Part shown: positions 40,068-53,056 of the stretch, one piece after another | How the letters are laid out: the number at the start of each line of letters is the position of its first letter | Position numbering within the stretch: position 1 is the first letter of the stretch | Source of the DNA: the human T2T-CHM13v2.0 reference genome, Homo sapiens | Strand: one strand, 5' to 3' | Length of the DNA: 64,000 nucleotides | Assembly (NCBI RefSeq): GCF_009914755.1 | Contig: NC_060947.1 | The notes under the pieces: model-generated | What the model saw: only the letters and a program-made list of their open reading frames with translations | Told to the model about the DNA's origin: nothing | The model's database searches: none | Translations under genes and position numbers: made by a program

Positions 40068-42004
40068 AGAAAAGTGACTTTCTGAGCTACCTTCTGCTGC
40101 TGGATCGGAGTTGGAGATCACATTTTCTATTAGGTCTCCATTGACACCAGCAGTGAAGTAGGAAGGCACATCTCTGGACTGCCTGCCTGCTGCTAGCATG
40201 TCTACAGGGGTTTCAGGAGGACTTCAGTCATAGTCAGTCTCCCACTGACACCTCTGGGATGCAGAAGTTGCCCATGGTGTTTAGGGGTGGTAGCATGGGT
40301 ATTAAAAAAAAAAAAAGTTTCCATCCTGTTGAGCTGCTACTTTCTTAGTTGTTACCTCCCATTTATAACTTGTCTTTGAACATATGCCTTAGCCACTGGG
40401 CTTGTCTTCATGTTTACTGAGGACAGACTTTAAATCTGAGTGACCAGATTTTAGAGACATAAATACAATTGTTTAATAAATGTGAGGATCTTGGGTGTCA
40501 CCACTCTGTGGCCCAAATTCACATAACCAGCTGCTGATTTGACTCCAGTTGATCAAATCAACCAGCTGATTAACTCCAGTTAATTCAGCCTGCTTCTGAG
40601 TTCTAACACTGCTGCTATTGCACATACTTGCTCTGTGATGCCTACTTAGCCTTCCCACACACACAAACGCAGGTACTATATCTCAGACACAGGAATGTCT
40701 GTATTATTATCGTGCCTTGGCCCAAGACTTTTATTCACTTGTTTGGCTTCCCTGACACCAAAAGCAATGTGATCACTCTCTCTTTAGTAATGCTAATGGA
40801 AAATGCTCATTGAATGAGCAGCTGTCCTGAGACACAGCCTATTCAGCTATCCCTATTTCTTCACGAAGTTCAGTTCTTAATGGTTTGGAATTCTTTAAGT
40901 TTGCTTTCAGCACACATCCAGTGTGAAATTCCTATGGTAATGTATAATACATGTAACCTATATTAAAAGAGTAGATGCTAAACAGTGATAGCACAGTGAT
41001 TTGAAAGACAAAACAAATGATGTTAGTCAATTCTGTCATTCAATGTGATATATTGTTTTCATATCTAAGTAAGTGAATGTATTTGTCTGTGAAACAGCCT
41101 CTTACCACTTTAAAAATTTCTCTTATTTTTTTTCTCCTTTGCCATTTTTTATTTGCTTATATTTGCTAGTTCTCCTTTCTTTCTTCATAATGGTAGGTTG
41201 TGTGTTGTTTATATTTGGGTTTTTTTAGATGTTTCTTTTGTGTAAAGTGTATAATTCAGCCTTGATTCGTGGGTAAACATGAAAAAATATTTTTATTTTT
41301 AGAGATGTGTTAACCCTATTTATATTTGATAATATGACTAATATATTTGGTCTTATATTTGTCAAGTATTTATAATTAGGTATATTTTAATATTTTTATG
41401 AGGTGTATATTATTTACTTTTTTGGTAGTCAATGATTTATTCATTTATCTAAGAGGTTGTATTTTGTTGTAGTGGATATCTTTTTTTCTTATAACTTTCT
41501 AATGTACTGTTTTCTTATTTAAACTTTATTATCTGGATTGTGAATCACTAATCATGATGTTTAATACCTATTTATAGCTATAAAATGATGAGTTCATCTC
41601 GTTTTTTTCCTTTCTTCTCATTTAAAAAATTTCATTATTTTTTAATTATCCTAACCTGTAACAATTGTACTTTATTATTCCACCTCTGCTCACATGTTTG
41701 CGTTAGTCTTAGGTTTATAATTGTAAATATTAAAACACTCACTATTAGGTATTTTGGTGAAATTTCCTTGGTCTTCTCTTGTGTGGATGAAGCTCATGCT
41801 CTAATAAAAGCCTCTAAAAGGTTTCATGAGTACAGAAATCAAAAGTTCTTGTATGTTGAAAGCTCTATTACTCAGGCCTTGATATTTGAGTGACAGTTTG
41901 GCTGAATATATAATCTCACACTCATTTTATTTCTTAGACTTTAAAATGTAATTCTATTTCTTTATTCTTTGCTTTATTTATTTATCGTAAAGCCTAATGC
42001 TAGG

Positions 42005-42528
42005 GTTGATGAAAAGTGTCAAACTCTGTAAGATATTTGAAGAGATTTATTCTGAGCCAAACATGAGTGACCATGACCCATGACACAGCCCTCAAGAGAT
42101 CTTGAGAACATGTGCCCAAGGTGGTCGGGGTGCAGCTTGGTTTTATACATGTTAGGGAGATAGAAAGGCATCACAACTTGAGGGTGGGGATCCAGTTTAT
42201 AGGTAGATTTAAAAATGTTCTGGTTGACAATAGAAAGGAATATCTGGGTTATGATAAGAGATTAAGGAGATCAAAGTTCTATCACGAAGTTCAGTAGATG
42301 AAGCCTCCAGGTAGCAGGCTTCAGAGAGAATAGGTTGAAAAATGTTTGTTATCAGACTTAAAGTCTGTGTTGATGTTAATGCCAGAAAGGTATAATGAGG
42401 CATGTCTGACCCCCACTTTCCATCATGGCATGAACTAGTCTTTCAGGTTAAATTTTTAAAAGAGCCATGGCTAAGGAGGAAGTTCATTCAGATGGTTGGG
42501 GGCCTTAAAATTTTATTTTTGGTTTACA
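42005..42528 (-). mobile_element. MER4-family ERV1 solo LTR
   Basis: gatgaaaagtgtcaaactctgtaa..gagatttattctgagccaaa..ggtttaca; TSD CTAG(G). Confidence 0.85.
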
Positions 42529-43049
42529 CTAGGAAAGACTCCTTGACATTTTAATTTTTCTTTCACCTGGAGGATTTGAAGATATTTTTTCTTCTTTTCT
42601 ATTTGTTTTACTATGTGAGGTCTTAGATTCTATATTTTTTAAAGTTAATTTACCCAAATAATAGGCAGTCACTCTCATTATATATTTTGAGATTTTATTT
42701 TGGAAATTTTGAAAATTCTATTTTGGAAATTAATTTACTCCTCTTGATTGTTTTATTCTTTTTATTCAAGGACTCCAATCCTATGAATATTCTTCCTTCC
42801 TTGTTTATTTCTATTTCCACCATTTTCTCTCAGACCATTTTTTCTTTTAATCTCATTTTCATTTTTCATTGTCTTATTTTTGTTATGACATTGTCATTTG
42901 ATCTTAAATTTCATTGAACACGTTGTGATTTTTCTTTTTGTTTATTATTATTATTGAGAAGGGACTCTTGCTTTGTCGCCCAGGGTGGAGTACAGTGGCA
43001 GAATCATGGCTCACTGCAGCCTGGAACTCCAGGGCTCAAGTGATCCTCT

Positions 43050-43611
43050 TGAAGCAGGAGACGTGAGGGGAAAAACAAATTTTCTTTCTTTCCTTTGGTA
43101 TGAACAGCTTCCCTCTTGAATCCCTCCCCCGCTCCGTACGATTGTGCCCTGCTCTGAAAGTTTTTTTGAGTTTATAGATTCCTCTTTTGGGTAACTAGTG
43201 TCTGTAAGTCTCTGTAGCACCACTGAGATCATGAGACGTGCTTGAGCAAGCTTAGATTGCAGCCATCTGGGCACCATAGCGAAGGACATGAGATAAAACT
43301 GTGCAGGCATCTTGAGTAAAGCTAGATAACAGCAACGTGGCCCACATAGCTGGAGTCACATGAAAGCCTGAGTTATGAGCCCGTCACTGTTTGATAAACT
43401 GCCTTTGTTCTGCTTCTGTAAAACCTGCTTTCACGCCACTGCAAGCTTGTTTCAAACTAGCCAGCTACCCTTCAGATGCATGTATAAAAGTCAAGCCCTG
43501 TCTTTGTTCAGGGCTCAGCCTCTGGATATTAAGCCACTGGCCTGGTGGCCACCTAAATACAATCCTCCTGTTCCACCCTTTGGCTTCCCCATTTCCTCGT
43601 TTCCCACAACA
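43050..43611 (+). mobile_element. ERV1 solo LTR (LTR19/LTR35-like; family unresolved)
   Basis: TG..CA ends, TSD CTCT (43046-43049, 43612-43615), TATAAAA box and an aaccctgtctttgttc-type R region. Confidence 0.85.
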
Positions 43612-43675
43612 CTCTGACCTTAGCCCCCAAGTATCTATGATTACAGACATGTGCCACCTCACTTGGCTAATTTTA

Positions 43676-43971
43676 TTTATTTATTTATTTTTGATATGGA
43701 GTCTCACTCTGTTGGCCAGGCTGGAGTGCAGTGACACAATCTTGGCTCACTGCAACCTCCGCCTCCCGGGCTTAAGTGACTTTCCTGCCTCAGCCTCCTA
43801 AGTAGCTGGGACCACAGGCGCCCGCCACTACATCCAGCTAATTTTTTGTATTTAGTAGAGACAGGGTTTCACCATGTTAGTCAGGCTGGTCTCGAAATAC
43901 TGACCTTGTGATTTGCCTGCCTCAGCCTCCCAAAGTGCTGGGATTACAGGCATGAGCCACCATGCCCAGCC
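43676..43971 (-). mobile_element. AluS (Sc-like) inserted in the A-rich linker of the AluJ
   Basis: Full dimer with (TTTA)n tail; tatttatttatttttg repeated on both sides. Confidence 0.92.
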
Positions 43972-44096
43972 TATTTATTTATTTTTGTAGAGATGGGACC
44001 TCCCAATGTTGCCTATGCAGATCTCAAACTCCTGGCGTCAAATGATCCTCCCTCATCACTCTGCACCTTGTGATTTAGTGTTTAATTCTGTAATAA

Positions 44097-44488
44097 TGTT
44101 GTAGGAAAATACAGGTTCTTGTCACATGACAAAAAAAAGATTAGGTATGCAGACAGTTTGAATGGGGAGCAGGGCAGGGTTTATTGGATGAAAAGGAAAA
44201 AAAAAAAAAAAAAAAGGAAACAGGGACTGTCAGCAAAAACGACAGTCCTGCCAGTAGGATTCCTGCCTCACATACTGAATTCCTGGTTACCACCCAAGAA
44301 CAGGAGAAGCCAGGCTCCTCCCCACTGCAAGTGGCAGGAACTTCCCAAGGCTCCACCCCATCCTCCCAGTGAACAGGCCAGTTTGAGATTCTCTGGTACT
44401 GGCAGTCTGGTTTTTCAGCCTTCAGGCTGTTTTAGGCTTAAAGGAGGAGTTTTGCTGGGGGACCTTTGGCTGCCTCTTGTCTCTATCA
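44097..44488 (-). mobile_element. MER61-family ERV1 solo LTR
   Basis: TGTTGTAGGAAAATACAGGTTCTTGTCAC...GTCTCTATCA; TSD ATAA. Confidence 0.82.
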
Positions 44489-44773
44489 ATAATTTTGTCT
44501 TTTTCATCATTTTTATTGAGTTCAAGCAAATCTCTTTTCATTGGTCACAGTTTTTGTATATATCTATTCTTAGATACTGAATTTCAGAATCAAGGAAGTT
44601 TTTATTTTTCATATATCCAAGTGTTTGAGTATATTTAGTTCACTTGAAGATGTTATCTTGCAGGTTTTACTGCTTTATGGTTGTTTTGTTGAAAGAGGTT
44701 GCCTCTTAGTTTAAATTGAATCAAATATCAGCTTTTTGAGTTTAAAAATAAGTTTATATTGATTTTTTCAACT

Positions 44774-44826
44774 ATATATAGTGTGTATGTGTGTGTGTGT
44801 GTGTGAGTGAGTGAGAGAGTGTGTGT
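44774..44826. repeat. (TG)n/(TGAG)n microsatellite
   Basis: Seen directly. Confidence 0.9.
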
Positions 44827-45700
44827 CTTTATAGGACCATGTTCTATCAGCACAGCAAAATCCAAGTTCTGTTCCGAATTTTTGGAGATTTGTTGTGCTT
44901 CTTTCATTTATTCTTTTGCTTGTATTTGGCTAGCATGATCCTAAATTTCTCCTTTTTAAGTATTTTTCCTTTTCCAATGCACTTGTCAAAAGGCACCTCT
45001 TTCTTCCTTTTTGCTGTTTGCTCTCTCAAAATGTAAGTCTTTCCAAGACTGAAAATTCATATTACATACCTCTTTTACTCTCTTCCATATAGTTGATATT
45101 CTACCCAAACAAACAAAACACTTTTTTAGTATTTTGTCTGTCAGTATAAACTTATTTTTTCAGGCTATAGATCTTAATAAATTTTAGCTCTGTCACTAGT
45201 ACCCCTTTTTCCTCATCCTCACAGCTTTTTTTTTTTTTTTTTTTTTTTCCCGGACTGTCTTCACTTATAAGATAGGTTTACAGTCTAGGATTTTATGTGT
45301 TTTTTGCCTGTTTGCTTGCTTAATATTATTCCAAACTATGAGAAATCTGTATCTCAAGTTATCCTGACAAGATTGGTTTGGGGCTAGTTTTCTTTCTTTG
45401 TTTTGTTGATTGCCACTAAAGTTTAGCAAATAATGGGAGAAGTAAAATTCTATATTGTCTTTAACTTCCCAATCCAACTAATTATCTTTCTTTGATTTGA
45501 TTTAAACCGTACACCTTGCATGGCTTCAATTCTTCCAACCCTTCAAATAATAGAACACAGAGACTCTTGAGACAAGGATTTATTCACTTGCCCATGATAG
45601 GCAATCAGTTTACAATGTATTGTTGATTCTCTTCATAGTGGTCCATAATTATTGGTATTTATGTTCATTATACTTTCGTATCATTTTTGTTACTTTGTAG

Positions 45701-46030
45701 TGTAAACCAAAATGTATCTGAGACTGGTCTCAATCACTTTGGATGTTTGTTTTGCCAAGGTTAAGGAAAATAACCAGGAGAAAAATACACAATCACAGAA
45801 ACAGTCTGTTGTCTGGGCCTTTCTCCAAAGATGAATTGAGGGCTTCAATATTTAAAGAGGAAAAGCATGCTGGAGGGGAAAGAGGAAGGGTATGGTAATC
45901 CACATGTTGCAAGAGAAAATGCGCAGGTAGGGGAATAGTCATATTCATCTCATGCTCAGTAAATTAGCACTTTACATGCAATGAGGTGAAGATAGAGTAG
46001 CTACCTGTGGGAAATTTTAACATTTCATCT
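45701..46030 (-). mobile_element. MER4-group LTR, partial
   Basis: tgtaaaccaaaatgtatctgagactggtctcaatc..ttttgccaaggttaagga..ttctccaaagatga..gagggcttcaatatttaaag. Confidence 0.65.
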
Positions 46031-46176
46031 TTATTAATAATCAGAATAACAACTTTTGATCAGAACTTGTCTAAATATATTTATTCAAACTAATATATAA
46101 GTAGATAGATATAGAAATAGATTTAATCTAGGTTTTGTAAAATAGTTCTGACTCAATGCTAAACATAAAAAAATTA

Positions 46177-46479
<303 letters not shown>

Positions 46480-46770
46480 TTAGGTTTTACTTACATCTGG
46501 TATCTAAGGTGAACTCTTTCTGTGAATGCTCACACTCAGACTCAATGACTATATTCACGAAGCACTTTCATTAGATATACACTGATATAATTTTTACAGT
46601 CGGCCTCACAAAAGTGGTTTTTCTATCAATTGTTCATAGAGCACACATCTTTTAGAAACACAAACTTTGACATTTATAAGACCTAAATCTTAGTTCTGGG
46701 AGAAGAATAAGACCGTGATTTTACCTTTAAATTGTCAATAGCTGTAAGCTACAATATGTTTAAACCATAT

Positions 46771-47071
46771 TGTTACAGGTAGTTATGCATTAACGGAGCA
46801 GGAGAAGGCTCTCCCCCCACCCAATAGAAGTGTCTGGTGATTTCAGGCAATTATTGCATTGTCTCTCTAAAAATAACAATTGGGCAGCACCAGGGAGAGG
46901 CCATTCCCTGGTGGTCCACACCTGTTAACATCAAAATGTTAACTGAATGCAGGCTCCAGGGAGAAGCAACTTCCTGAGCATGCATATTAAGAGACAAAAA
47001 GGGTGAACTATGATCTTGGGGCAGGCGAGGGCTCTCCCCCAACACTCATGCCTAACTAACTACCTGTAACA
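46771..47071. mobile_element. MER50-derived element with inverted LTR-start termini
   Basis: Left ~255 bp match the recalled MER50 5' portion. The right end is the reverse complement of the same start (15-bp perfect terminal inverted repeat TGTTACAGGTAGTTA). ATAT flanks both sides. Confidence 0.85.
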
Positions 47072-47247
47072 ATATAAAGACCAACTTTTTTTTGTAAGAC
47101 ACATTCCTGAGAAGTAATTTATAGAATATAAAATAAGCAATTTAAAGTGCAATTCAAAAATGTTTAGTATATTCGTGGACTTATGCAAACATCCATAGAA
47201 TATAAATATACAAAATTTTACTCAACTCATAAAAACACCCCAAATAG

Positions 47248-47537
47248 GGCTGGGCGCGGTGGCTCATAACTGTAATCCCAGGACTTTGGGAGGCTGAGGC
47301 AGGCAGATCACCTGAGGTCGGGAGTTCGAGACCAGTCTGACCAACACGGAGAAACCCTGTCTCTACTAAAAATACAAAATTAGCCGGGTGCATGCCTGTA
47401 ATCCCAGCTACTCGGGAGGCTGAGGCCGGAGAACCCTTGAACCCGCGAGGCGGAGGTTGCGGAGAGCCGAGATTGCGCCATTGCACTCCAGCCTGGGCAA
47501 CAAGAGCAAAACTCCGTCTCAAAAAAAAAAAAAAAAA
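47248..47537 (+). mobile_element. AluSp-like
   Basis: gaggtcgggagttcgagaccagtctgaccaacacggagaaaccc diagnostics; A17 tail; sits in an old minus-strand L1M fragment. Confidence 0.93.
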
Positions 47538-47690
47538 TTTATCAGTCTATTCTCAATCACCCCAACACAATCCTCCAGTCCTAGAAATACACTCATGTAG
47601 TTTTGGTCTCTACATATTTGTCAATTCTGGACATTTTCTATGCATGAAATGATACAATATGTGATCTTTTGCATCTTTCATTTACCATAA

Positions 47691-48472
47691 TGTGGAAGAC
47701 AGAGCAACAAACTAAAAAGGATTATTCTAAGACCTCAAGTTCTAACGGAATTTGCCTTGGTTAGTTTAGGACTTGCTTGGAACCCACTGCCCCTTCCTTC
47801 CCTACCAGTTCTCATTTTCAGGATGGAAATGTCTATCGCATACGTGTCCCATGATTGTATGCTGGAAGCACACATGTTGTCTGGCTTGACAGGTTCACAG
47901 CTGGAGAGGAAATTTGTCTCAGGATGAATCATACCTCAAGCCTCACCCACATCTAACTTAAATATTATTTACATGAGCCTTTGGATTTCAGACTTTGGAG
48001 TTGATGATAGAAAAAGTTAAGACTCTTTGTGTTGTTGGGATGGATTGGATGTATTTCGCATGCAAGAAGGACATACATTTTGAGGGGTCAGGCAGAATGC
48101 TACAGACCAAATCCTATATGATCAAAATTCATCTGTTGAAGCCTTAATCTTCAATGTGATTTTATTGGATGTGGGACCTTGGGAGATAATTAGGTATATA
48201 TGAGGTCACAAGGGTGGGCCCCGGTGATGGGATTAGTGGTCTAATAAGAACAGGCACTAGAAAGCTTGCTGCTTGTCTCTCCATGCTTTGTAAGAACATG
48301 GAAGGGGGCAGCAATCTATAAGCCAGGAAGAGTGCTCTCATCAGAAAGAGACAATGCTGGAACCTTGATCATAGACTTCTAGACTCCATAACTGTGAGGT
48401 AATAAAATTTTGTCATTTAAGCCAACTAGTCTACGGTATTTTGTTGTGGCAGCCTAAGCTGACTAAGATACA
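47691..48472 (+). mobile_element. MaLR internal 3' end plus MLT1A-like 3' LTR (LTR ~48098-48472)
   Basis: Internal ..ttttgaggggtcaggcagaa PPT-like end, then an LTR ending ..aagctgactaagata. Confidence 0.75.
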
Positions 48473-48474
48473 CT

Positions 48475-49110
48475 ATGAGACCAATAATTACACTCCTGGT
48501 TATATAACCAACAGAAGTGAGTGTTTGTTTACATATGTACAGTACCACATCCAGCCGATTTTTTAATGTTTTCATAGAGATAGAGTCTCTCTATGTTTCC
48601 CAGGCTGGTCTCAAACTCTTAGCCTCAAGTGATTCTCCCACCTTGGCCTCCCAAAGCGAGAAATGAGTGTTTGCATTCAACAAAACACATGCACAAGAAT
48701 GTCAATTTCACATTTACTCATAATGGCTAAAAACTGGAATGAACTAAAGGTACACCAAGTTTTGAATGAATAATTTCTGCTATATTCGTATAATGAAATA
48801 CTGCAGAGCAATGAACAAGAGCAGATTACTGTTACATACAACAACTTATAACAACGTGTAACATATCACAGACAATGTAGCGAGAAAGATACCAGACTCA
48901 AAAAAGTATCTAGTGTGTGGCTCCATTTACATGAATGTCAAAAGCAGGTAAACTAGTCTATCCTGATAGAGTTCAGAATAATGGTTAATTTTGGAATATA
49001 TTAGCTTGGAGAGGCATGAAGTTACCTTCTTTGGTGTTGGAAATACTCTGAGTACAATTAACATTTATGCACACTGCTATAAATATGTTTAATTCAATAA
49101 AAAATAAGGA
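48475..49110 (+). mobile_element. Old L1M 3' end containing a FLAM/Alu monomer (~48545-48657, minus)
   Basis: cactcctggttatata..aagaatgtc..ataatggctaaaaactgg..aataaa; Alu left-arm motifs. Confidence 0.65.
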
Positions 49111-49801
49111 AATTAAGGCCTATCAGGATCCACCCATCCCCAGCCAGTGGCTCACTTCATATTAACAAGTAATACTTTCCCATAATGCCCTATGAGAATG
49201 AACATGCAGCACCTAGCACGGTCCCTTTTCTAGAGAGAACAGGGCATTCAGTATTGGTTGAATGAGCGACACCATCCAGCCTTGCCTTTGAAATCTTTCA
49301 CCTTCCCATTCCCTACTTCCACAGTTCCACCTGATCTCTAGCTTGTGTGATGCAAGCACCAAGGAATGTGGAGAAGCCTGAAGTTGAGGATTGGGCAGCA
49401 CAAATGGAGAACAAGTGGGCAGACAGCAGACAACCTGAGAAATGAGAGGGAGAGGAAGAGGAAAGGAGGGAATAGCCTGCTCTGGAGGGAAGTGGGAGTC
49501 CCTTCATGCCCCTCTCAAGGGGTTGACATGGTGGTGGGAAATGCTGCTGAGATTGTGCCACCCATTTCAGAAGAGCTCTCTGGGCGGAATGTCAGCTGCA
49601 TTAAAGTGGCTTCTGTATCAATCCCTCTTTAGGACTTGGTAATCATCTCCTTAGTACATCATCTCCCATTTTCTTACATATTACCTGGTTATATTTTTCT
49701 TTAACACAGAAAAGGAGGCAGGTACATTGTAATGAAAAGTTCCTCTTAATGAATAGACCTCTGAAAGAAAATCTGCATCAAGAAGAAAGGGGTTCCCTTC
49801 A

Positions 49802-50254
<453 letters not shown>

Positions 50255-52608
50255 CTAAACCACTGAAGGTGACTCAGTTTGGCTGTTTTCTCTGTGGGTG
50301 TCTAAAGGAAGATGTAACATTCTGTAACACTTGTCTTCTGTCTTCAGGTATCTGCACAGCTTCACAGAAGATTATCTGGATCTGGAGAAGAGGTGGGTGT
50401 CTCTGGGAAAGAAGCAGAGAGGTGAGTGGCACAGAGGCTGTGGTGAGTGAATCTGAGGGTTTGTATCATCTCTTAGGCCTGAACACCAATGCCTTCACCT
50501 CAACACGTGAAGGGCGTGCTCACCGAGCAGCGGAGGAGAAAGGGCAAAGGGGAGGGTGAAGTCCAAGTTATTGCACAAAAGGCTGTGACCACTCCCAGGC
50601 TGATCATCCCTGGGGCTGGGAGGAAAGTTATTTGCAGAGGAGAACAAGATCAGGACTCTTCCTAACAAAGGCTGAGTAAGAAACTGGGTTTCTGACCTCT
50701 CTACCCCAGCAAGCTCAGAGTCCCCTGCCTTTCCTCTGTTCTGGCTCTGTGTGTTTGCATTACTCACTCTGTGGTTAGAAGTTCAGGTAAGTAATTCTGG
50801 AAAAGGAGCTTTTGGAAAAAGTTGCCTGGAAAACAGGACGCTGCTTGGAGTGTCATTTCTCCTTATCAATTGAATATGGACTTAGACAACTCAGCTCAGG
50901 TGAGGGGACACTCATTCTGGGTAAGGTGGAAGAGGGAGGGCAGGAGAGGGGGCCTGGCCAGGTTTTTGTAGACATTTTGATGTCAGCTTATAGGCTGATA
51001 GCAGCAGCACACTCGTCACCACACAATCAAGGTTCAACGGATTGCCTAGGACACAAATTGGTGAGTAGCTGCCACTTTGCTCATTTTTTAAAAATGTTTT
51101 AAAATTTTTCTCTACATAATTGTGTGAAGGAATGAAAGGAGGAGAGACAGGTCAGGCTTAGTGAGAATGGAGAAATGCCATTTTGACTTTCCTTTTTCAA
51201 CTGTTTTTGTGTGCCTTTCCTTACACAGGGAAGAGAGAGAGAGAGAGAAAGATACAAGTACAGGATGTGCAGACATTGTGCTAAATAGCAATAGCAGTCC
51301 TCTGTGTCTGGGCAGCAGGTGATATATTTTTACATCCCTGAGTTTTGAATGGGGGGTTATCCTGATTCCTCCTACTCAGGTGAGTTTCCTTATAACATGT
51401 CAGGGAATTTCATGGGTAAATGGTGTTTATGGAGTTTTATTGCCAATCTCAAAATAGCTACACACCTCCCCAACTCCAGCCTCAAAATGTGTTTTACAAC
51501 CTGAGAAAAGGAAATGGCTCTGTGTTGTGTCCTTACATGTCTAGCCATATCCAGCATTTGTTGACCTTTCATGGGGTCTGCTCATATCTTGCTTGAGCTC
51601 TGAGCCTTTCCCGTTTTAGAAAACCAGTTCAGGCCATGTAGCTATTATGTGTCGGCATGAGAACTCCGACCAAAGCCACCGTCCCTAGGAACTGTGTTCT
51701 TTTAACTCGTATGCTTTATGGCCTCACCAGGTGAGGCCTGCCAGGAGAATAGGCAGTTGCAGAGGCTGGATCCTTTTTGTCATATAGCCACCTTCTTGGG
51801 ACCTCAGTCAGGTGATGGAAACAATCTAAAACTTCAGATTTCCTAAAGAGTGTGAGTAGGGTAATCTGATGGCCTAGGATAGTTGGAGAAGGCTCAGGAG
51901 CCTCAGGGTCTCCAAAGGACTGTGCAGGTAATTGAGTTTCATAAAATGTGGTATCATTTGTTCAGAGATGAGAAGTCTTTTTAAAATAGGCCTGACTGTT
52001 GCACGTTTGTTTGTGCTGGGTTCATTGGGATGAGGCCCCTCTCATTGAGTTTTGCTGGTTCTGGATTTAGAACACCAAATTCCCTGCTCCCTTCAGGCAG
52101 AATTTCCACCCAGAAAAAAGCACCATCTCAGAACCAAACAGTAGTGATCAAGGCATGAAAGCAGGTAAAGGGCAGTTGATTCTGAGTGCAGAAGGAAGGA
52201 GGTATGAGCTGGTCAAGTGGGATGCACGGCTTCCCTTTCCCCAGGCCCGGAGGTTTCATGGTTTTAATAAGTGACATGAACACACTATCCATACACCAAA
52301 ATCATGGGTTTGCAATAGCATTTTATGCTATTTCCTGTGATTATAGATGTTTCATTTATCCATAATTTATGTTATTTAGGAGTTCTTAGTATTTTGGGGG
52401 GAGCTACCCTCCAGACATTTTTTATTTTCTTCACTTTGGGCATTTAGCAATAGTTTCCTCCAGAGGCAGCCCAGGTATTTGGAAGGCGTGATAATCCCCA
52501 CAGGCTTTATTTTCATTTTTGGTGTAATGATAGATATTACTTAAGGAAAGGCACAGATCATAGGCCAGTCTGTTTATGCACTGCAAAAAAAATGCACACA
52601 GCTTCTTT

Positions 52609-53056
52609 TGTAGCAGGACTGGTCACAGACAAAACCTCTCGGACACCAGTTTAAGGAAGGAAGAGGCTTTAATCAGCTGGGAGCATCAGTAGACTCGCAT
52701 CTCAAGGTCTGAGCTCCCCAAAGTGAAGATTCCTGTCCCTTTTAAGGGCTTACAACTCTAAGGGGTCCACGTGAAAGGGTCGTGATACATTGTGCAAGCG
52801 GGGGCTATGGGATTGAGGGCTACGTGCATCAGTAATGGGGGCTAGCAGAACAGAACAGAAAGTTTCACAGCGCTTCCTCATACGATGTCTGGCATCTACA
52901 GATAACACAAGCAGTTAGGTTAGGAGTTGATGTTTAACTACCAGGCCTGGTTTTTGGTGCCAAGCTGTCTGGCTGTTGACCTCACTTCTGCTTCTTTTTA
53001 ACTTTCTGCTTCCTTTTTGAAACAGGAGACAATGGGAGAGGTGGTCTCCTTCCTTA
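52609..53056 (-). mobile_element. LTR2/HERV-E-related ERV1 solo LTR
   Basis: Minus strand starts TAAGGAAGGAGACCACC and ends ..TCCTGCTACA; contains cccttaaaagggacaggaa TATA-like box and ATTAAA; imperfect 4-bp TSD (CTTT/TTTT). Confidence 0.8.

Larger units (their letters stand above)
42950..44060 (-). mobile_element. AluJ-like element, interrupted by an ERV1 LTR and a younger Alu
   Basis: AluJ pieces at ~42950-43049, 43612-43675 and 43972-44060. Confidence 0.8.

Noticed and set aside
40345-40900. Unclassified moderately GC-rich stretch with short palindromes (TTGATCAA, CAGCTG)
   Set aside because: No TG..CA ends with TSD, ORF or RNA-gene signature that I can support.
47230-47545. AluSp without an obvious TSD (possible insertion-mediated deletion)
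   Set aside because: The host L1M appears nearly continuous across it, so a short or decayed TSD cannot be excluded.
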